From positions 25,097 to 89,096 of the forward strand of contig JAYQPE010000005.1 of NCBI GenBank assembly GCA_038145175.1: a stretch of 64,000 nt of DNA, read 5' to 3'. Shown here piece by piece: positions 50,262 to 61,737 of the stretch. This DNA comes from Actinomycetes bacterium. GTDB taxonomy: Bacteria > Actinomycetota > Actinomycetes > S36-B12 > UBA5976. The notes beneath the pieces were generated by a model. The model was not told where the DNA came from, ran no database searches, and worked only from the letters and a program-made list of their open reading frames with translations. Each line of letters opens with the position of its first letter. The first letter of the stretch is position 1. Both the position numbers and the translations under genes were made by a program.

Positions 50262-50909
50262 CTAGGCCACAACCACTACATCAGGCACTACTTGACGAAT
50301 TTCCTCAACAGAAATAACACCTTGTCTAAGAATTCTTTTTTCACTATGTGAAACGTCAATAATTGTTGATGCAATGTTTCCTGGTGTATTTCCACCATCT
50401 AAATAAATTGTCACAGTTTCTTGAAGTTGATTTATTGCATCTTCAATATTTGTTGCAGCTAATTGTCCAGTTTTATTTGCACTACTTACAGCCATTGGTC
50501 CTACAACATTTAATAATTCAATTGCCACAGGATGAAGTGGCATTCTTATTGCAACGGTGTTATTTGTTGCTCCTAAATCCCAACTAAGCGTGGGCTGCAT
50601 CTTGACCACAATAGTTAAGCCACCTGGCCAGAAAGCTTCTGCTAAAGATTTTGTAACAGAATCTAATTGAAAAGCTAGGCCTTCTAAAGCTTTTGCATGA
50701 CCAACCAATACTGGAATTGGCATATCTTTGCCTCTGCCTTTAGCGTTTAATAATTTTTCTGGTCCACTTCGTGAAAAAGCATCTGTGCCTAAACCATAAA
50801 CAGTATCTGTGGGAAAAACAACTAAATCTCCACGTCTTGCAGCAGCTGCTGCCGATTCAATTCCAGTTTTTCTTTCAAACTCATTTTGCATATCAAATTT
50901 GCGAATCAT
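50262..50909 (-). CDS. tsaC: L-threonylcarbamoyladenylate synthase (TsaC/YwlC/Sua5 family)
   Basis: VVFPTDTVYGLG motif. Start is placed at ATG 50907-50909 (ATGA overlap with the prmC stop). ATG 50891 and the track's 50927 are alternatives. Confidence 0.87.
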   Translation of the reverse strand: MIRKFDMQNEFERKTGIESAAAAARRGDLVVFPTDTVYGLGTDAFSRSGPEKLLNAKGRGKDMPIPVLVGHAKALEGLAFQLDSVTKSLAEAFWPGGLTIVVKMQPTLSWDLGATNNTVAIRMPLHPVAIELLNVVGPMAVSSANKTGQLAATNIEDAINQLQETVTIYLDGGNTPGNIASTIIDVSHSEKRILRQGVISVEEIRQVVPDVVVVA

Positions 50910-51802
50910 TTTTTTATACCAACGCAATATCTGGGTAAAGCATTTAAATCTTTTCTATCCTCAATTTTTTCAAAACTATTAGATTCTTTTAGTAAATATG
51001 GAACAGATAATTCATCATCTGGATTGCCTTGCAAATCTGAATGTTCAATTGCCAAAAGTCCACCTTTTTTAAGCAATTTGTTTGCTTTTTGCACTACCAC
51101 TCTTACTATCTCAAGTCCGTCTTTACCTCCATAAAGGGCGATAGAAGGATCGTGGTCTTTTACTTCAATTTCCTTTGGAACCATTTTTTCTGGAATATAT
51201 GGAGGATTTGAAACCACCACATCAAATTGGCCAGTTAAATTGTTTATTTCTTCAATTTCACTTTTAACATCAGCATTTATTAAGTGAACTATAGAATTAT
51301 GAGAATTTATTTCTTCGTTGTATTTTTGATGATTCGTCTCTAAATATTTAAAAGCCTCAATTGATTTTTCAATTGCAAAAACTTCAATATTTGAACATTC
51401 TTTAGCTAAAGATAAAGCAATCGCACCAGAACCTGAACAGTAATCAACAACAAGTATTCTTTCTTGATTTTTATCTTTTATATATCTAATAACTGATTCA
51501 ACTAGAATTTCAGTCTCAGGCCTTGGTATAAAAACTCCAGGTCCAACATTTAGAACTAAATGCCTAAAACCTTGTTCTCCAATTAAATGCTGAAGAGGAA
51601 TTCTTCTTACCCTTTTTTCAACTAATTTTTCTATTTCGCGATATTGCTCATCACTTATTTCTGAAATTAAACCCACTCTATTTCTAGAAGTATTTAATAC
51701 AAAGGCAACTAAACTTTCAGCATCAAATCTAGGGCTTGAAACATTTGCGTTTTTTAAACGCAACTCAATATCAACAAGAACACTTCTTGTTACTTTACTC
51801 AA
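50906..51802 (-). CDS. prmC: peptide chain release factor N5-glutamine methyltransferase
   Basis: NPPY catalytic motif (SNPPYIP) and SAM-binding DYCSGSGAI. Confidence 0.92.
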   Translation of the reverse strand: MSKVTRSVLVDIELRLKNANVSSPRFDAESLVAFVLNTSRNRVGLISEISDEQYREIEKLVEKRVRRIPLQHLIGEQGFRHLVLNVGPGVFIPRPETEILVESVIRYIKDKNQERILVVDYCSGSGAIALSLAKECSNIEVFAIEKSIEAFKYLETNHQKYNEEINSHNSIVHLINADVKSEIEEINNLTGQFDVVVSNPPYIPEKMVPKEIEVKDHDPSIALYGGKDGLEIVRVVVQKANKLLKKGGLLAIEHSDLQGNPDDELSVPYLLKESNSFEKIEDRKDLNALPRYCVGIKK

Positions 51803-52878
51803 CGAGTTTCTCCAACCTCAGCTAACTTTTGAGAAATTTCTTGATCAACACATGATTGCAAAACGGGTCCTAAATCACCATTTAATATCTGATCCAAGTT
51901 ATGTGATTTAAATCCAGTTCTATGATCTGTTAAACGATTTTCTGGAAAATTATAAGTTCTAATTCTTTCTGATCGATCCACAGTTCTAACTTGAGATTTT
52001 CTAGAAGCTGCATCTTGAGCTGCTCTTTCTTCTTCGGCTGCAGAAAGTAATCTTGCTCTTAAAATTCTTAGAGCACTTTCTTTATTTTGTAATTGACTTT
52101 TCTCATTCTGACAAGAAACCACAATTCCAGTTGGAATATGAGTAATTCTTACTGCTGAATCTGTGGTGTTAACGCTTTGGCCACCTGGACCGCTGGAACG
52201 ATAAACATCAACTCTTAAATCTTCGTTATTTATTTGTACATCTATTTCTTCAGCTTCTGGAAAAACTAAAACACCAGCTGCTGAAGTATGAACTCTTCCT
52301 TGAGATTCTGTAATGGGAACTCTTTGTACGCGATGCACTCCACCTTCGTGTTTCATCCACGCATATGGTGAATCACCTATTTCAGTATTTCCTTTTGCTT
52401 TTATTGCAATAGAAGCATTTTTATATCCGCCCATATCCGAATCAACTGCATCAATTAACTCTGCTTTCCAACCTTTTTTCTCAGCAAATCTTAAATACAT
52501 TCGAACTAAATCTCCTGCAAATAATGCAGACTCTTCCCCGCCTTCACCTGATTTAACTTCTACGATTACATCTTTTCCATCCATAGGATCTCTGGGAATC
52601 AGCATCTTTTGTAATTTTTCTGTTAATTCTTCAATTCTTATAGAAATTTTTTCAGCTTCTTGCCTAAAACTTGAGTCATCATTAGCAAGCTCTAATGCTG
52701 CCTCGTGATCTTCAATTAATTGTTGATATTCACGCCAAGTAGCCACGATTGGTTTTAATTCAGCAAATCTTTTACCTACAGCTTTTGCTTTATTTTGATC
52801 ACTATGAAGTTTTGGATCAGATAATTGATGCTCTAAATCAACAAGTTCTGCAGCAAGATCAACTACACCTTCAAACAT
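51799..52878 (-). CDS. prfA: peptide chain release factor 1
   Basis: GGQ motif (SGPGGQSVN) and PxT-type region. Start at ATG 52876-52878 follows AAGGAGGTG. Confidence 0.96.
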   Translation of the reverse strand: MFEGVVDLAAELVDLEHQLSDPKLHSDQNKAKAVGKRFAELKPIVATWREYQQLIEDHEAALELANDDSSFRQEAEKISIRIEELTEKLQKMLIPRDPMDGKDVIVEVKSGEGGEESALFAGDLVRMYLRFAEKKGWKAELIDAVDSDMGGYKNASIAIKAKGNTEIGDSPYAWMKHEGGVHRVQRVPITESQGRVHTSAAGVLVFPEAEEIDVQINNEDLRVDVYRSSGPGGQSVNTTDSAVRITHIPTGIVVSCQNEKSQLQNKESALRILRARLLSAAEEERAAQDAASRKSQVRTVDRSERIRTYNFPENRLTDHRTGFKSHNLDQILNGDLGPVLQSCVDQEISQKLAEVGETR

Positions 52879-52907
52879 TTTTTTCACCTCCTTTTTTACT
52901 TTATTAA

Positions 52908-52970
52908 AAAACAAAACGTCGGTTATTTTTTAGATGCAATTTTTTAGCACCTAAAAAGACCGACGTTTAG
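52908..52970 (-). terminator. hairpin plus U tract downstream of rpmE
   Basis: 10-bp outer arms AAACGTCGGT/ACCGACGTTT enclose an inner TTTTTAG/CTAAAAA stem. The minus-strand RNA continues UGUUUUUU. Confidence 0.5.
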
Positions 52971-52979
52971 TTAGTTAAG

Positions 52980-53195
52980 CTATTTTTTTGCTTGTTTACC
53001 GTAACGCTTTTCGAATTTAGAAACGCGTCCTGCAGTATCCAAAATCTTTTGTTTACCTGTAAAGAATGGATGGCATTGGTTGCAGATTTCTGCATGCATT
53101 TGACCATTTTTCACAGTGCTACGTGTTTTGAAAGAGTTACCGCAAGAGCAAGTAACAGTTGTTTCCACGTACTCTGGATGAATTTCTTGCTTCAT
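52980..53195 (-). CDS. rpmE: 50S ribosomal protein L31
   Basis: [22 protein letters not shown]...[13 protein letters not shown] 53193-53195 follows GGAGA. The track's 39-codon upstream extension is rejected. Confidence 0.94.
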   Translation of the reverse strand: MKQEIHPEYVETTVTCSCGNSFKTRSTVKNGQMHAEICNQCHPFFTGKQKILDTAGRVSKFEKRYGKQAKK

Positions 53196-53232
53196 CTTTT
53201 CATTTCTCCGATTTCTTTTCGGTAACCAAATC

Positions 53233-54819
53233 TTATTCGGTTGCTTCCCCATTAGCTGTTGGGGTGGTCTTTTGTACTTGAATAAGGAACTCAAAGTTGG
53301 TCTTTGTGTCACGTAACTTATTCAGTAAGAGCTCGATAGCCTGTTGAGGCTCAAGGGCATGTAGCACTCTTCTTAGAGTCCAAATAACTTTTAGTTCGTC
53401 TTGAGAAAGAAGAATTTCTTCTTTTCTAGTTCCTGATGCATCAACATCTACTGCTGGGAATATTCTTCGATCAGCAAGTTTTCGATCAAGTTTTAATTCC
53501 ATATTTCCAGTGCCTTTGAATTCTTCGAAGATAACTTCATCCATACGAGAACCTGTTTCAACCAACGCAGTAGCAATGATTGTTAAAGATCCGCCGTTTT
53601 CAATATTTCTAGCGGCTCCAAAGAATTTCTTTGGAGGATAAAGTGCAGCTGAATCAACACCACCAGAAAGAATTCTTCCTGAAGTTGGAGCAGACAAGTT
53701 ATATGCACGACCTAAACGAGTCATAGAGTCAAGCAAGATCACAACATCATGACCCATTTCCACTAAACGTTTAGCTCTTTCAATTGAAAGTTCTGCAACA
53801 GTGGTGTGATCTTCTGCTGGTCTATCAAAAGTTGAAGCAATAACTTCACCTTTAACAGAACGTTGCATATCAGTAACTTCTTCGGGACGTTCATCAACTA
53901 AAACAACCATTAAATGAACCTCAGGATTATTTGTGGTAATTGCATTTGCAATTGCTTGTAAAACCATAGTTTTACCAGCCTTTGGTGGAGACACAATTAA
54001 TCCACGTTGACCTTTACCAATTGGAGCAACTAAATCAATAACTCTGGTAGTTAAGTTAGAAGGATCAGTTTCTAGTCTCAATCTTTCTTGAGGATATAAA
54101 GGTGTAAGTTTTGAAAAATCTAATCTCTTGGCCGATTCTTCTGTTGTCAAACCATTAATGGTTTCAACTCTTACTAAAGGATTAAATTTTTGCCTTTGTT
54201 CGCCTTCTTTTGGTTGACGAATTGAACCTGTGACCGCATCACCTTTTCTTAAACCATATTTACGAACTAATCCCATAGAAACATAAACATCATTTGGACC
54301 AGGTAAATATCCTGAAGTTCTAACGAATGCATAGTTTTCCAATAAATCAATGATTCCTGCTACTGGCAGTAAAACGTCATCTTCTTTAATTTCATAATCT
54401 TCGCGTTCTCTTCTATTGCCGCGATCTCTGAATCTACTTCTAGAGTTTCTGTCATTTCGATCACCACGATCATTGCGATCGTTTCTATCTCCTCGATCGT
54501 TACGATCGTTTCTTCTAAAACCTCGATCTTCTCTTGAATAGTTTCTTTCTTCTCTATTAAATGAGCGATCTTCTTCGCGATCTTCGCGAGGAGCTCTTAC
54601 TTCTACTTCTTCTCTATATTCTTCAATTACATCGTCTTCTGGAATGTCAGAAGTTGTCATATTTTTCTTTCCACCGTTTCCGTGTTGTTCGATTGCTTCA
54701 ATCAATTCACTTTTTCGCATAGTTGCAGAATCAGGAATTCCTAAGCTTGCAGCAACTTGCCTTAATTCAGGCAAGAGCATTGATGAGGTGTCATTCACCT
54801 TAAAAGTATTTCCTTTCAA
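53233..54819 (-). CDS. rho: transcription termination factor Rho with Arg/Asp/Asn-rich N-terminal insertion
   Basis: [16 protein letters not shown]-terminal helix, Walker A PPKAGKT, RNA-binding and ATPase domains. The exact start is uncertain (TTG 54819, GTG 54798 or ATG 54780). Confidence 0.94.
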   Translation of the reverse strand: MKGNTFKVNDTSSMLLPELRQVAASLGIPDSATMRKSELIEAIEQHGNGGKKNMTTSDIPEDDVIEEYREEVEVRAPREDREEDRSFNREERNYSREDRGFRRNDRNDRGDRNDRNDRGDRNDRNSRSRFRDRGNRREREDYEIKEDDVLLPVAGIIDLLENYAFVRTSGYLPGPNDVYVSMGLVRKYGLRKGDAVTGSIRQPKEGEQRQKFNPLVRVETINGLTTEESAKRLDFSKLTPLYPQERLRLETDPSNLTTRVIDLVAPIGKGQRGLIVSPPKAGKTMVLQAIANAITTNNPEVHLMVVLVDERPEEVTDMQRSVKGEVIASTFDRPAEDHTTVAELSIERAKRLVEMGHDVVILLDSMTRLGRAYNLSAPTSGRILSGGVDSAALYPPKKFFGAARNIENGGSLTIIATALVETGSRMDEVIFEEFKGTGNMELKLDRKLADRRIFPAVDVDASGTRKEEILLSQDELKVIWTLRRVLHALEPQQAIELLLNKLRDTKTNFEFLIQVQKTTPTANGEATE

Positions 54820-54992
54820 TTTCTTTCACAAAAATTAACCAAGAAGGATTCTTATGAGAGATCCGGACCTGTTTATTTTGGTTTTAAAAGTTAGCTTTTG
54901 TTTTTTGATTTGCCATCTTTGGCCAAGATCGGCCGGATGTATAAAAGAATAGCAGGTTTAGGTTCAGACTTCTAGCCTTGGGTATAGCGCCT

Positions 54993-55895
54993 TTAGCAGA
55001 TGCTGGCTCCGGTTGGTGAGAACGCTAATTGCTGAACATCAAATTCATCAGAGACCATGGATAAAACTTCTTCTAAATTTGCTGAATTTGTTAATACACA
55101 AACACTTGGACCAGAACCTGAAATAAATGCAGCATGCTTTTTATTTCGTAATTGTGTTACTAAAGCAGTTGATGATTGCATTGCAGGTCTTCTATATTCC
55201 TGATGAATTTTATCTGCAGTTGCTTCATATAAATAATCTGGTTCTTGACTAATTGCATGAACTAAAAGAGCACTTCTAGATAAATTAAAAGTTGCGTCTT
55301 TATGTGGCACATGAGTTGGTAATAATGCTCTGGCTTGTTCTGTATCAACAATAAATTTTGGAATAAACACAACAGGAATAATTGAAGGATGAGGAGTTAA
55401 TTTAATTGCTTTTGCCAGTGAGTTTTCATCAATCCAAGAAACAGTGAAACCACCATGTAAACATGCAGCCACATTGTCTGGGTGTCCTTCAATTGCACTG
55501 GCTAATTCTAAAACACCTGCATCATCCATTCTGGTTCCTTGAGTTCCAGCTAAAGCTCTGGCAGCAACTACAGCTGCAGTTATTGCAGCTGCAGAAGATC
55601 CAAGACCTCTTCCATGTGGGATTCGATTTATGCAACGAATGTATAGGCCATTTACCGGAACTGAAAGATAAGAAAAAGTTTTTAACATTACATTTGCAAT
55701 TAAATGATTTTCATCTCGAGGTAGAGAATTTCTACCTTCCCCATCAACATCAACTAAAACACCTGGTTTGTCAGTAAAAGATGCTTCAACTTCATCAAAT
55801 AGTGAAAGGGCAATTCCTAAAGAATCAAATCCTGAACCTAAATTGGCACTAGTTGCAGGAACTACAACTCGAACTGCACCTGAAAATTTACTCAT
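54993..55895 (-). CDS. thrB: homoserine kinase
   Basis: GHMP kinase motif PHGRGLGSSAAA. Confidence 0.93.
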   Translation of the reverse strand: MSKFSGAVRVVVPATSANLGSGFDSLGIALSLFDEVEASFTDKPGVLVDVDGEGRNSLPRDENHLIANVMLKTFSYLSVPVNGLYIRCINRIPHGRGLGSSAAAITAAVVAARALAGTQGTRMDDAGVLELASAIEGHPDNVAACLHGGFTVSWIDENSLAKAIKLTPHPSIIPVVFIPKFIVDTEQARALLPTHVPHKDATFNLSRSALLVHAISQEPDYLYEATADKIHQEYRRPAMQSSTALVTQLRNKKHAAFISGSGPSVCVLTNSANLEEVLSMVSDEFDVQQLAFSPTGASIC

Positions 55896-56966
55896 TTAAA
55901 ACCCTAATGCTTTTGCAGCAGATTTTGCATCCACCGAGACTTTTATTGGATCTTTTGCACCTTCAAGTGCCCAGTGAGGATCTTTTAAGCCATTACCAGT
56001 AACAGTTACCACAATTATTTTATCTTTTGGTAATTCGTTTTTTTCTTTTAACATCAATAATCCTGCAACTCCTGCTGCTGAAGATGGTTCAACAAACACT
56101 CCTTCTTTTTCAGCTAAAAGTTGGTAACTATTTAATATTTGTTCATCTGTAACTTTGTCAATTCTTCCTTTTGATTCTTCTTTGGCATTTAATGCTTGTT
56201 GCCAGGAAGCAGGATTTCCAATTCGAATAGCTGTTGCAAGGGTTTCTGGTTTTTCAACAATTTTTCCATCAACTATTGGTGAAGCACCTGCTGCTTGAAA
56301 TCCCCACATTTGTGGCAACTTAGAAGAAATAGAATCATTTTTATATTCAACATAGCCTTTCCAGTACGCAGTTATGTTTCCTGCATTTCCAACTGGAAGA
56401 ACATGTAAATCGGGAGCATCTCCTAAACGATCTATAACTTCAAATGATGCCGTTTTTTGTCCTTCAATTCGATCTGGATTTACTGAATTAACTAAGGCAA
56501 CTGGATAATTTTCTGCTAGATCTTTTGCTAAAACTAAACAGTCATCAAAGTTTCCTTGAACTTGTAAAACTTTTGCGCCATGCACAATTGCTTGAGCTAA
56601 TTTTCCCATCGCAATTTTTCCATCAGGAATTAAAACTGCACTTGTCATTCCTGCTTTAACTGCATAAGCAGTTGCAGATGCTGAAGTGTTTCCAGTTGAA
56701 GCACAAATTACGGCTTTTGCTCCATTTTCTGCAGCTTTTGAAATTGCTACTGTCATGCCACGGTCTTTAAATGAACCTGTTGGATTCATCCCTTCAACTT
56801 TGAGATAAACCTGGTTATTTAACATTTCACTTAAAGTGCAGGCATAAACCAGTGGAGTTCCACCTTCACCCAAAGTAACTATGGGAGTTTTGGAATTTAT
56901 TGGTAAACGATTTTTATATTCTTCAATAACTCCACGCCATTGATGAGTTGTTGTGGTCATGGACAT
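55896..56966 (-). CDS. thrC: threonine synthase
   Basis: PLP-Lys motif PTGSFKDRG. Confidence 0.95.
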   Translation of the reverse strand: MSMTTTTHQWRGVIEEYKNRLPINSKTPIVTLGEGGTPLVYACTLSEMLNNQVYLKVEGMNPTGSFKDRGMTVAISKAAENGAKAVICASTGNTSASATAYAVKAGMTSAVLIPDGKIAMGKLAQAIVHGAKVLQVQGNFDDCLVLAKDLAENYPVALVNSVNPDRIEGQKTASFEVIDRLGDAPDLHVLPVGNAGNITAYWKGYVEYKNDSISSKLPQMWGFQAAGASPIVDGKIVEKPETLATAIRIGNPASWQQALNAKEESKGRIDKVTDEQILNSYQLLAEKEGVFVEPSSAAGVAGLLMLKEKNELPKDKIIVVTVTGNGLKDPHWALEGAKDPIKVSVDAKSAAKALGF

Positions 56967-56970
56967 AAAA

Positions 56971-58263
56971 CTAGTTTTCGCCTTCTACTCTCATATAGTC
57001 AGAAATTTCTTTAACAGAATCAAGATTTTTTAATTCATCAAGTGTTTTTGCTAAATCTTTTTCTAATGCTCGATGTGTTTTTATTACTAATTGAGCATCA
57101 TTAACTAAACCATCTTGTCTAACAGTTTCAATAGACACATTGTGATCTGCAATTTTTTGACTAATTTGTGCTAACACACCTGGTTTATCTGCTACTTGAA
57201 GAGAAATATAATAACTTGTTTGAGCTTGGCCAATTGGTTTAATTTCAAGATCAGCATAAATACTTTCACCTGGTCCACGCTTGCCACTGACTTTATTTCT
57301 AGCAACAGCAACAACGTCTCCTAAAACTGCAGAAGCAGTTGGAGCACCACCTGCTCCTTGACCATAGAACATTAAAGATCCGGCAGCTTGTGCTTCCACG
57401 AATACAGCGTTAAATGCTTCACGCACACTTGCTAATGGATGACTTCTGGGAATCATTGCAGGATGAACTCTAACTACAACTGAATCATCATTTAATCTTT
57501 CTGCAATTGCTAATAACTTAATTACATATCCCATTTCTTTTGCTGCTTTAACATCAGTTGCAGAGACTTTGGTTATTCCTTCAACAAAAACATCATCAAT
57601 TGTTACTCGGGTATGAAATGCAAGTTGGGCAAGAATGGCAGCTTTTGCAGCAGCATCAAAACCTCCCACGTCTGCAGTTGGATCTGATTCTGCATAACCA
57701 AGTTTTTGAGCTTCTTTTAAAGCATCTTCAAAACTTGCACCTGTTTCATCCATTTTTGTCAAAATATAATTTGTTGTTCCGTTAACAATTCCTAATATTT
57801 TTTTGACTTTGTCTCCCACTAAAGATTCTCTTAATGGTCTTAGAAGTGGGATGGCGCCTGCCACACTTGCTTCAAAGTAAAGATCAACATTATTTTTTTC
57901 AGCAGCTGCGTATAAGGTCGCACCATCTTTTGCAAGTAGTTCTTTATTTGCAGTCACCACACTGATGCCTCTAGACATTGCATCCAAAATGTGAGTTCGG
58001 GCAGGTTCAATACCACCCATAACTTCAACCAAAATATCTATATCTTTAGAGATTAATTCTGAAATATTGTTAGTAATTAATTGTGCAGGAATTCCAGGTC
58101 TTGATTTTGAAGTATCTTTAACCCCAACTCCAACAAGTTCAAGGGCTGCTCCACTTCTAGCTTTTAAATCTTGGGCTTGATCAATTAAAAGAGACGCTAC
58201 CTTTGAGCCCACAGTCCCGGCACCGATTAAGGCAATGCGTATTGGACGATTGTCATTTTTCAT
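56971..58263 (-). CDS. hom: homoserine dehydrogenase (with C-terminal ACT domain)
   Basis: [19 protein letters not shown]. Start ATG 58261-58263 is 8 nt after AAGGGA. The track's 29-codon extension is rejected. Confidence 0.93.
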   Translation of the reverse strand: MKNDNRPIRIALIGAGTVGSKVASLLIDQAQDLKARSGAALELVGVGVKDTSKSRPGIPAQLITNNISELISKDIDILVEVMGGIEPARTHILDAMSRGISVVTANKELLAKDGATLYAAAEKNNVDLYFEASVAGAIPLLRPLRESLVGDKVKKILGIVNGTTNYILTKMDETGASFEDALKEAQKLGYAESDPTADVGGFDAAAKAAILAQLAFHTRVTIDDVFVEGITKVSATDVKAAKEMGYVIKLLAIAERLNDDSVVVRVHPAMIPRSHPLASVREAFNAVFVEAQAAGSLMFYGQGAGGAPTASAVLGDVVAVARNKVSGKRGPGESIYADLEIKPIGQAQTSYYISLQVADKPGVLAQISQKIADHNVSIETVRQDGLVNDAQLVIKTHRALEKDLAKTLDELKNLDSVKEISDYMRVEGEN

Positions 58264-58290
58264 GAATATCGTCCCTTTTATGAAGTAGGT

Positions 58291-59283
58291 ATGTCTAAGT
58301 CTCTCACTATCTATATGGTGCAATGTGGTGTGGCTACTGAGGTTAAGCAAATTACGAGCAAAGTTTGGATTGCCCTAACTACCGTTTATATCGTTTGGGG
58401 TTCTACTTATTTAGGCATCGCATTAGTTATTGAATCTGCCCCTCCGCTTACTTCAATGGGAATCAGATTCTTAGCCGCTGGTTTTATTTTAGCTTTAATC
58501 CTTACCTTATTTAAATCAAAAAATGCCATGAAAGTAACTAGAAAAGAATTACTTTCATCTATTTTCTTAGGTGGATTGTTATTAGGATTTGGAATTGGAA
58601 ATTTAACTTTAGCCGAACGTTATGTTCCTTCAGGAATTGCTGCATTAATTATTGCCGCACTTCCAATCTGGGTAACAATTTTTCAATCAATAGTTGGAAT
58701 AAAACATAAAAGAATAACTTTGTCAGGAATATTCATTGGACTAATAGGTGTAGCACTCATCGTTCTTCCGGGTGGAACTGGTCCAGCACCAGGTGCAGAT
58801 CCTTCCAAAGTTAAATTTTGGATGTTCATGATTCTGATTGGAAATATTGCTTGGGCATTTGGAACTTTCATGACGCAAAGAATTCCAATTCCAAAAGATC
58901 CTTTTGTTTTAACGTCATATGAAATGCTGTTTGGGGGTATTGCACTTACCTTTGCAGGTCTATTTCGTGGAGAAAAAGTTAATGGAGAAGTGATTTCTCA
59001 AATGTCTTTAACTTCAAAATGGGCTTGGGTTTATATGGTTTTAATTGGTTCCATTGTTGGTTATGGAGCTTATATTTGGTTATTAAATAACACTTCGCTT
59101 TCTATTGCATCAACATATGCATATGTAAATCCAGTGGTGGCAGTTTTACTCGGATTCTTTATCTTGAGTGAACCATTAAAATGGCCACTATTTGTAGGAG
59201 GCTTAATTATTTTGCTTGGTGTTGCATTAATTATTAATAGCGAAAGGTTTACATCAAAGGATCAGTTGCAAAAAGATCTTTAA
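58291..59283 (+). CDS. EamA/DMT-family transporter
   Basis: About 10 TM segments in two EamA-like halves. The start is uncertain (ATG 58291 or ATG 58315). Confidence 0.8.
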   Translation: MSKSLTIYMVQCGVATEVKQITSKVWIALTTVYIVWGSTYLGIALVIESAPPLTSMGIRFLAAGFILALILTLFKSKNAMKVTRKELLSSIFLGGLLLGFGIGNLTLAERYVPSGIAALIIAALPIWVTIFQSIVGIKHKRITLSGIFIGLIGVALIVLPGGTGPAPGADPSKVKFWMFMILIGNIAWAFGTFMTQRIPIPKDPFVLTSYEMLFGGIALTFAGLFRGEKVNGEVISQMSLTSKWAWVYMVLIGSIVGYGAYIWLLNNTSLSIASTYAYVNPVVAVLLGFFILSEPLKWPLFVGGLIILLGVALIINSERFTSKDQLQKDL

Positions 59284-60622
59284 AAGTTTCTCGACGCAAT
59301 ATTTCTTTCACGCTACCTTTGTAAACTCCTACCACCGCTGGTCTTAACACTAAGTTGTATTGCGAAGACATTGATCTGTTGTATGCACCAGTTGCTGCAA
59401 CTGCAATTAAATCTCCTGGCGCTAAGTCATTTGGTAAATAACAATCTTTGACCACAATGTCACCACTTTCACAATGTTTTCCCACAACTCTAGAAAGCAT
59501 TGTTGGTTTTGTTGAAAGTCTTGAAACTAAAGCAGCAGTGTAAGTCGCACCATAAAGTGCTGTGCGAATGTTGTCACTCATGCCACCATCTACTGCAATG
59601 TAAGTTCTTTTCTCACCAGTTTCTAACTCAACTTCTTTAATAGTTCCTACTTTGTACAACGTGATCATTGATGGGCCAACTATTGCTCTACCTGGTTCAA
59701 ATGCCAGTTGGGGCATTTTTAATCCATTGTTTGAAAAATTATCTGCAACTATTTGTATTAATTCTTTAGACATGGACTCAATTTCCAAAGGTTTATCACT
59801 ATTTATATATGCAATTCCCATCCCACCACCAAGATTTAACATTTCTATTTCTACGTTATGGTCTTGATTTATTCTGGAAGCTAATTGAGCAAGTCTTTGG
59901 GCTGCAATTTCAAATCCTTTATTGTCAAAGATTTGCGAACCTATATGAGAATGAAGTCCCACAAAATTTAAATTCTCATCTTTTATTACTCTTCTAACTG
60001 CCTCGTCGGCATGACCTGCTGCTAAAGAGAAACCAAATTTTTGATCTTCATGTGCGGTAGCAACAAATTCGTGAGTATGAGCCTCAATTCCTGCGGTCAC
60101 TCGTACTAAAACATTAGCTTTTTTATCTTTAGCTTTAGCAATTTGAGCAAGCCTAGCAATTTCAAGATAAGAATCGACTACAAATAATCCAACATTTTCA
60201 TCCAATGCAAATTCTAATTCATTAAATGCTTTGTTATTTCCATGGAAAATTATTTCCTTAGGATTACATCCTGCTTTTAAAGCAACCCTTAATTCGCCTT
60301 CTGTAGCAACATCTACGCCAAGGCCTTCTTTTACTAGAAGTTGTAAAAATCCCACAGCAGAAAATGCTTTGGACGCATAATAGATTTTTGTTGGTTTAGA
60401 TAGTGTTTTATGGATTTCTTGTGAAAAACTTTTTATATATCTTTTTGCTCTGATTACTGCATCTTCTTCATCCAGAATAAAAAGTGGAGTTTCATATTTC
60501 TTTTCTAGATCGATTACATCAACACCTGCGACTTCTAAAATGCCGTCTTTGTTCCTGTGTGCATTTACAGGCCAAATGTGGGCGGAGATTTCATTAATGT
60601 CTGTAACTCTTGAATCTGACAT
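59249..60622 (-). CDS. lysA: diaminopimelate decarboxylase
   Basis: 457 aa, PLP-Lys region YYASKAFS, HSHIGSQ and CESGD motifs. Confidence 0.95.
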   Translation of the reverse strand: MSDSRVTDINEISAHIWPVNAHRNKDGILEVAGVDVIDLEKKYETPLFILDEEDAVIRAKRYIKSFSQEIHKTLSKPTKIYYASKAFSAVGFLQLLVKEGLGVDVATEGELRVALKAGCNPKEIIFHGNNKAFNELEFALDENVGLFVVDSYLEIARLAQIAKAKDKKANVLVRVTAGIEAHTHEFVATAHEDQKFGFSLAAGHADEAVRRVIKDENLNFVGLHSHIGSQIFDNKGFEIAAQRLAQLASRINQDHNVEIEMLNLGGGMGIAYINSDKPLEIESMSKELIQIVADNFSNNGLKMPQLAFEPGRAIVGPSMITLYKVGTIKEVELETGEKRTYIAVDGGMSDNIRTALYGATYTAALVSRLSTKPTMLSRVVGKHCESGDIVVKDCYLPNDLAPGDLIAVAATGAYNRSMSSQYNLVLRPAVVGVYKGSVKEILRRETFKDLFATDPLM

Positions 60623-60631
60623 ATTTTTCCT

Positions 60632-60694
60632 AAAAAAGTTTGGGTGGGAAATCTCTTATGTTCAAGATTAACCGAACATAAAGATTTCCCACCC
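60632..60694 (-). terminator. long hairpin plus U tract downstream of the DUF3048 gene, upstream of lysA
   Basis: GGGTGGGAAATCTCTTATGTTC ... GAACATAAAGATTTCCCACCC (about 21 bp with one bulge). The minus-strand RNA continues AAACUUUUUU. Confidence 0.65.
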
Positions 60695-60718
60695 TTAAAG
60701 GTGTGAAATATTCGTTAA

Positions 60719-61684
60719 TTATTTAAAAGAATATTTTCCTTTTGAATTATTTGGTACCAATAACACCCAGACTTGACCGACATCAAATGGCATTTGTGCT
60801 CCATTTACGGTGTAGGTAGTTCCAGCTCCAGCAGATGGTCTTGACCATTCACCTTGAAATCGTTGACCATCTCTCAAAATAAATGCTTTACCTGATCCAA
60901 CTGTTTTAACTAATGGAGTCTTACCACCAAATTTGTCTCCATAACCTGAAACTGTTTGGGTTACTAATTGCACCACAACAGTTTTAGCAACAACTGCTTT
61001 ACCGGTAGCTCTATCTTTTTGAGCTGAGTTATCAAGTGAAATTGCCCAACCATTACCTGTCCATTTTCCGCCAACACTTGATGCTGGCCAAGAAGCTTTG
61101 AAAGTTGAGGTTGCTTTTCCACCTGCTGGTGCAGTTTCAGAAAAAGTTAAACCAATATCTTTTGCAGCTCCTAATTTTGATTTTGCAGCTTTAACTGTTG
61201 CGGACAAATTCAAAATTAAATTATGAGGAATACGTTTTGAAGAATCTCTTGAGTATTTTGCTCCATTTAAACTTGGACCAAATCTCACAAGTGGTTCTTT
61301 AGCAATTTTTGGCAGCAAAGCTTTGTTTGCACCTGAATATGCAAAACCTGGTTTATCAAATTGTTTTAAAATTTCAAGATCAGATATACGTGCTGATCTA
61401 ACTGGACCAACTTTGGTTGGAAAGTTTGTGTTGTACATAGCGGCAATTCTGGTTAAACCACCTTCAACTTGTTCAACGTAAACCAAATCTGCTTTTGAAA
61501 TGTTTACATGTGGTCTTGCAGGTCTTACATTGTCAATTTTCACCATCACAACAGGTTTTCCTGCTCCACCTGGTAAACCAGATAGTGGACTTGCTCCATC
61601 AGATGCGGTTGCCGCAGTTGCACCAAATGAAACTGTTAATGCGATTGAGATTGCGCTTACGAAAAGGGTTTTTAATTTTGTCAT
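60719..61684 (-). CDS. secreted DUF3048-family protein
   Basis: Signal-peptide-like N-terminus. PLSGLPGGAGKPVVMVKIDNVRPARP...VYVEQVEGGLTRIAAMY matches DUF3048 as I recall it. Confidence 0.75.
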   Translation of the reverse strand: MTKLKTLFVSAISIALTVSFGATAATASDGASPLSGLPGGAGKPVVMVKIDNVRPARPHVNISKADLVYVEQVEGGLTRIAAMYNTNFPTKVGPVRSARISDLEILKQFDKPGFAYSGANKALLPKIAKEPLVRFGPSLNGAKYSRDSSKRIPHNLILNLSATVKAAKSKLGAAKDIGLTFSETAPAGGKATSTFKASWPASSVGGKWTGNGWAISLDNSAQKDRATGKAVVAKTVVVQLVTQTVSGYGDKFGGKTPLVKTVGSGKAFILRDGQRFQGEWSRPSAGAGTTYTVNGAQMPFDVGQVWVLLVPNNSKGKYSFK

Positions 61685-61737
61685 GTTTTAGACCCTAAAC
61701 TAAACAGGCTTATTTTGGAACAGTGACTCTCTAGTTT

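Noticed and set aside
53196-53312. 39-codon upstream extension of rpmE in the ORF track
   Set aside because: L31 proteins start at MKxxIHP. ATG 53195 has a GGAGA SD, and the extension overlaps the 3' end of rho.
54420-54560. Repeated CGATCGTT/CGATCATT units that at first look like a short tandem or CRISPR-like repeat
   Set aside because: They are in frame inside rho and encode the RNDRNDRGD low-complexity insertion. There are no spacers and no non-coding array.
54912-54933. 8-bp hairpin GCCATCTT-tggcc-AAGAT(C)GGC in the thrB-rho spacer, considered as a terminator or ncRNA
   Set aside because: It has no U tract on either strand and lies within the expected long rho 5' leader. There is insufficient evidence to call a feature.
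58264-58350. 29-codon upstream extension of hom, overlapping the EamA transporter start
   Set aside because: The conserved dehydrogenase N-terminus ([12 protein letters not shown]) follows ATG 58263, which has an AAGGGA SD. The extension has no support.
60623-60718. Possible lysine riboswitch upstream of lysA; similarly T-box or riboswitch leaders for gltX, argS, glyA and thiL
   Set aside because: The lysA spacer is fully explained by a single long terminator hairpin of the upstream gene. The other upstream gaps are 4-75 nt or are overlaps, too short for these elements.
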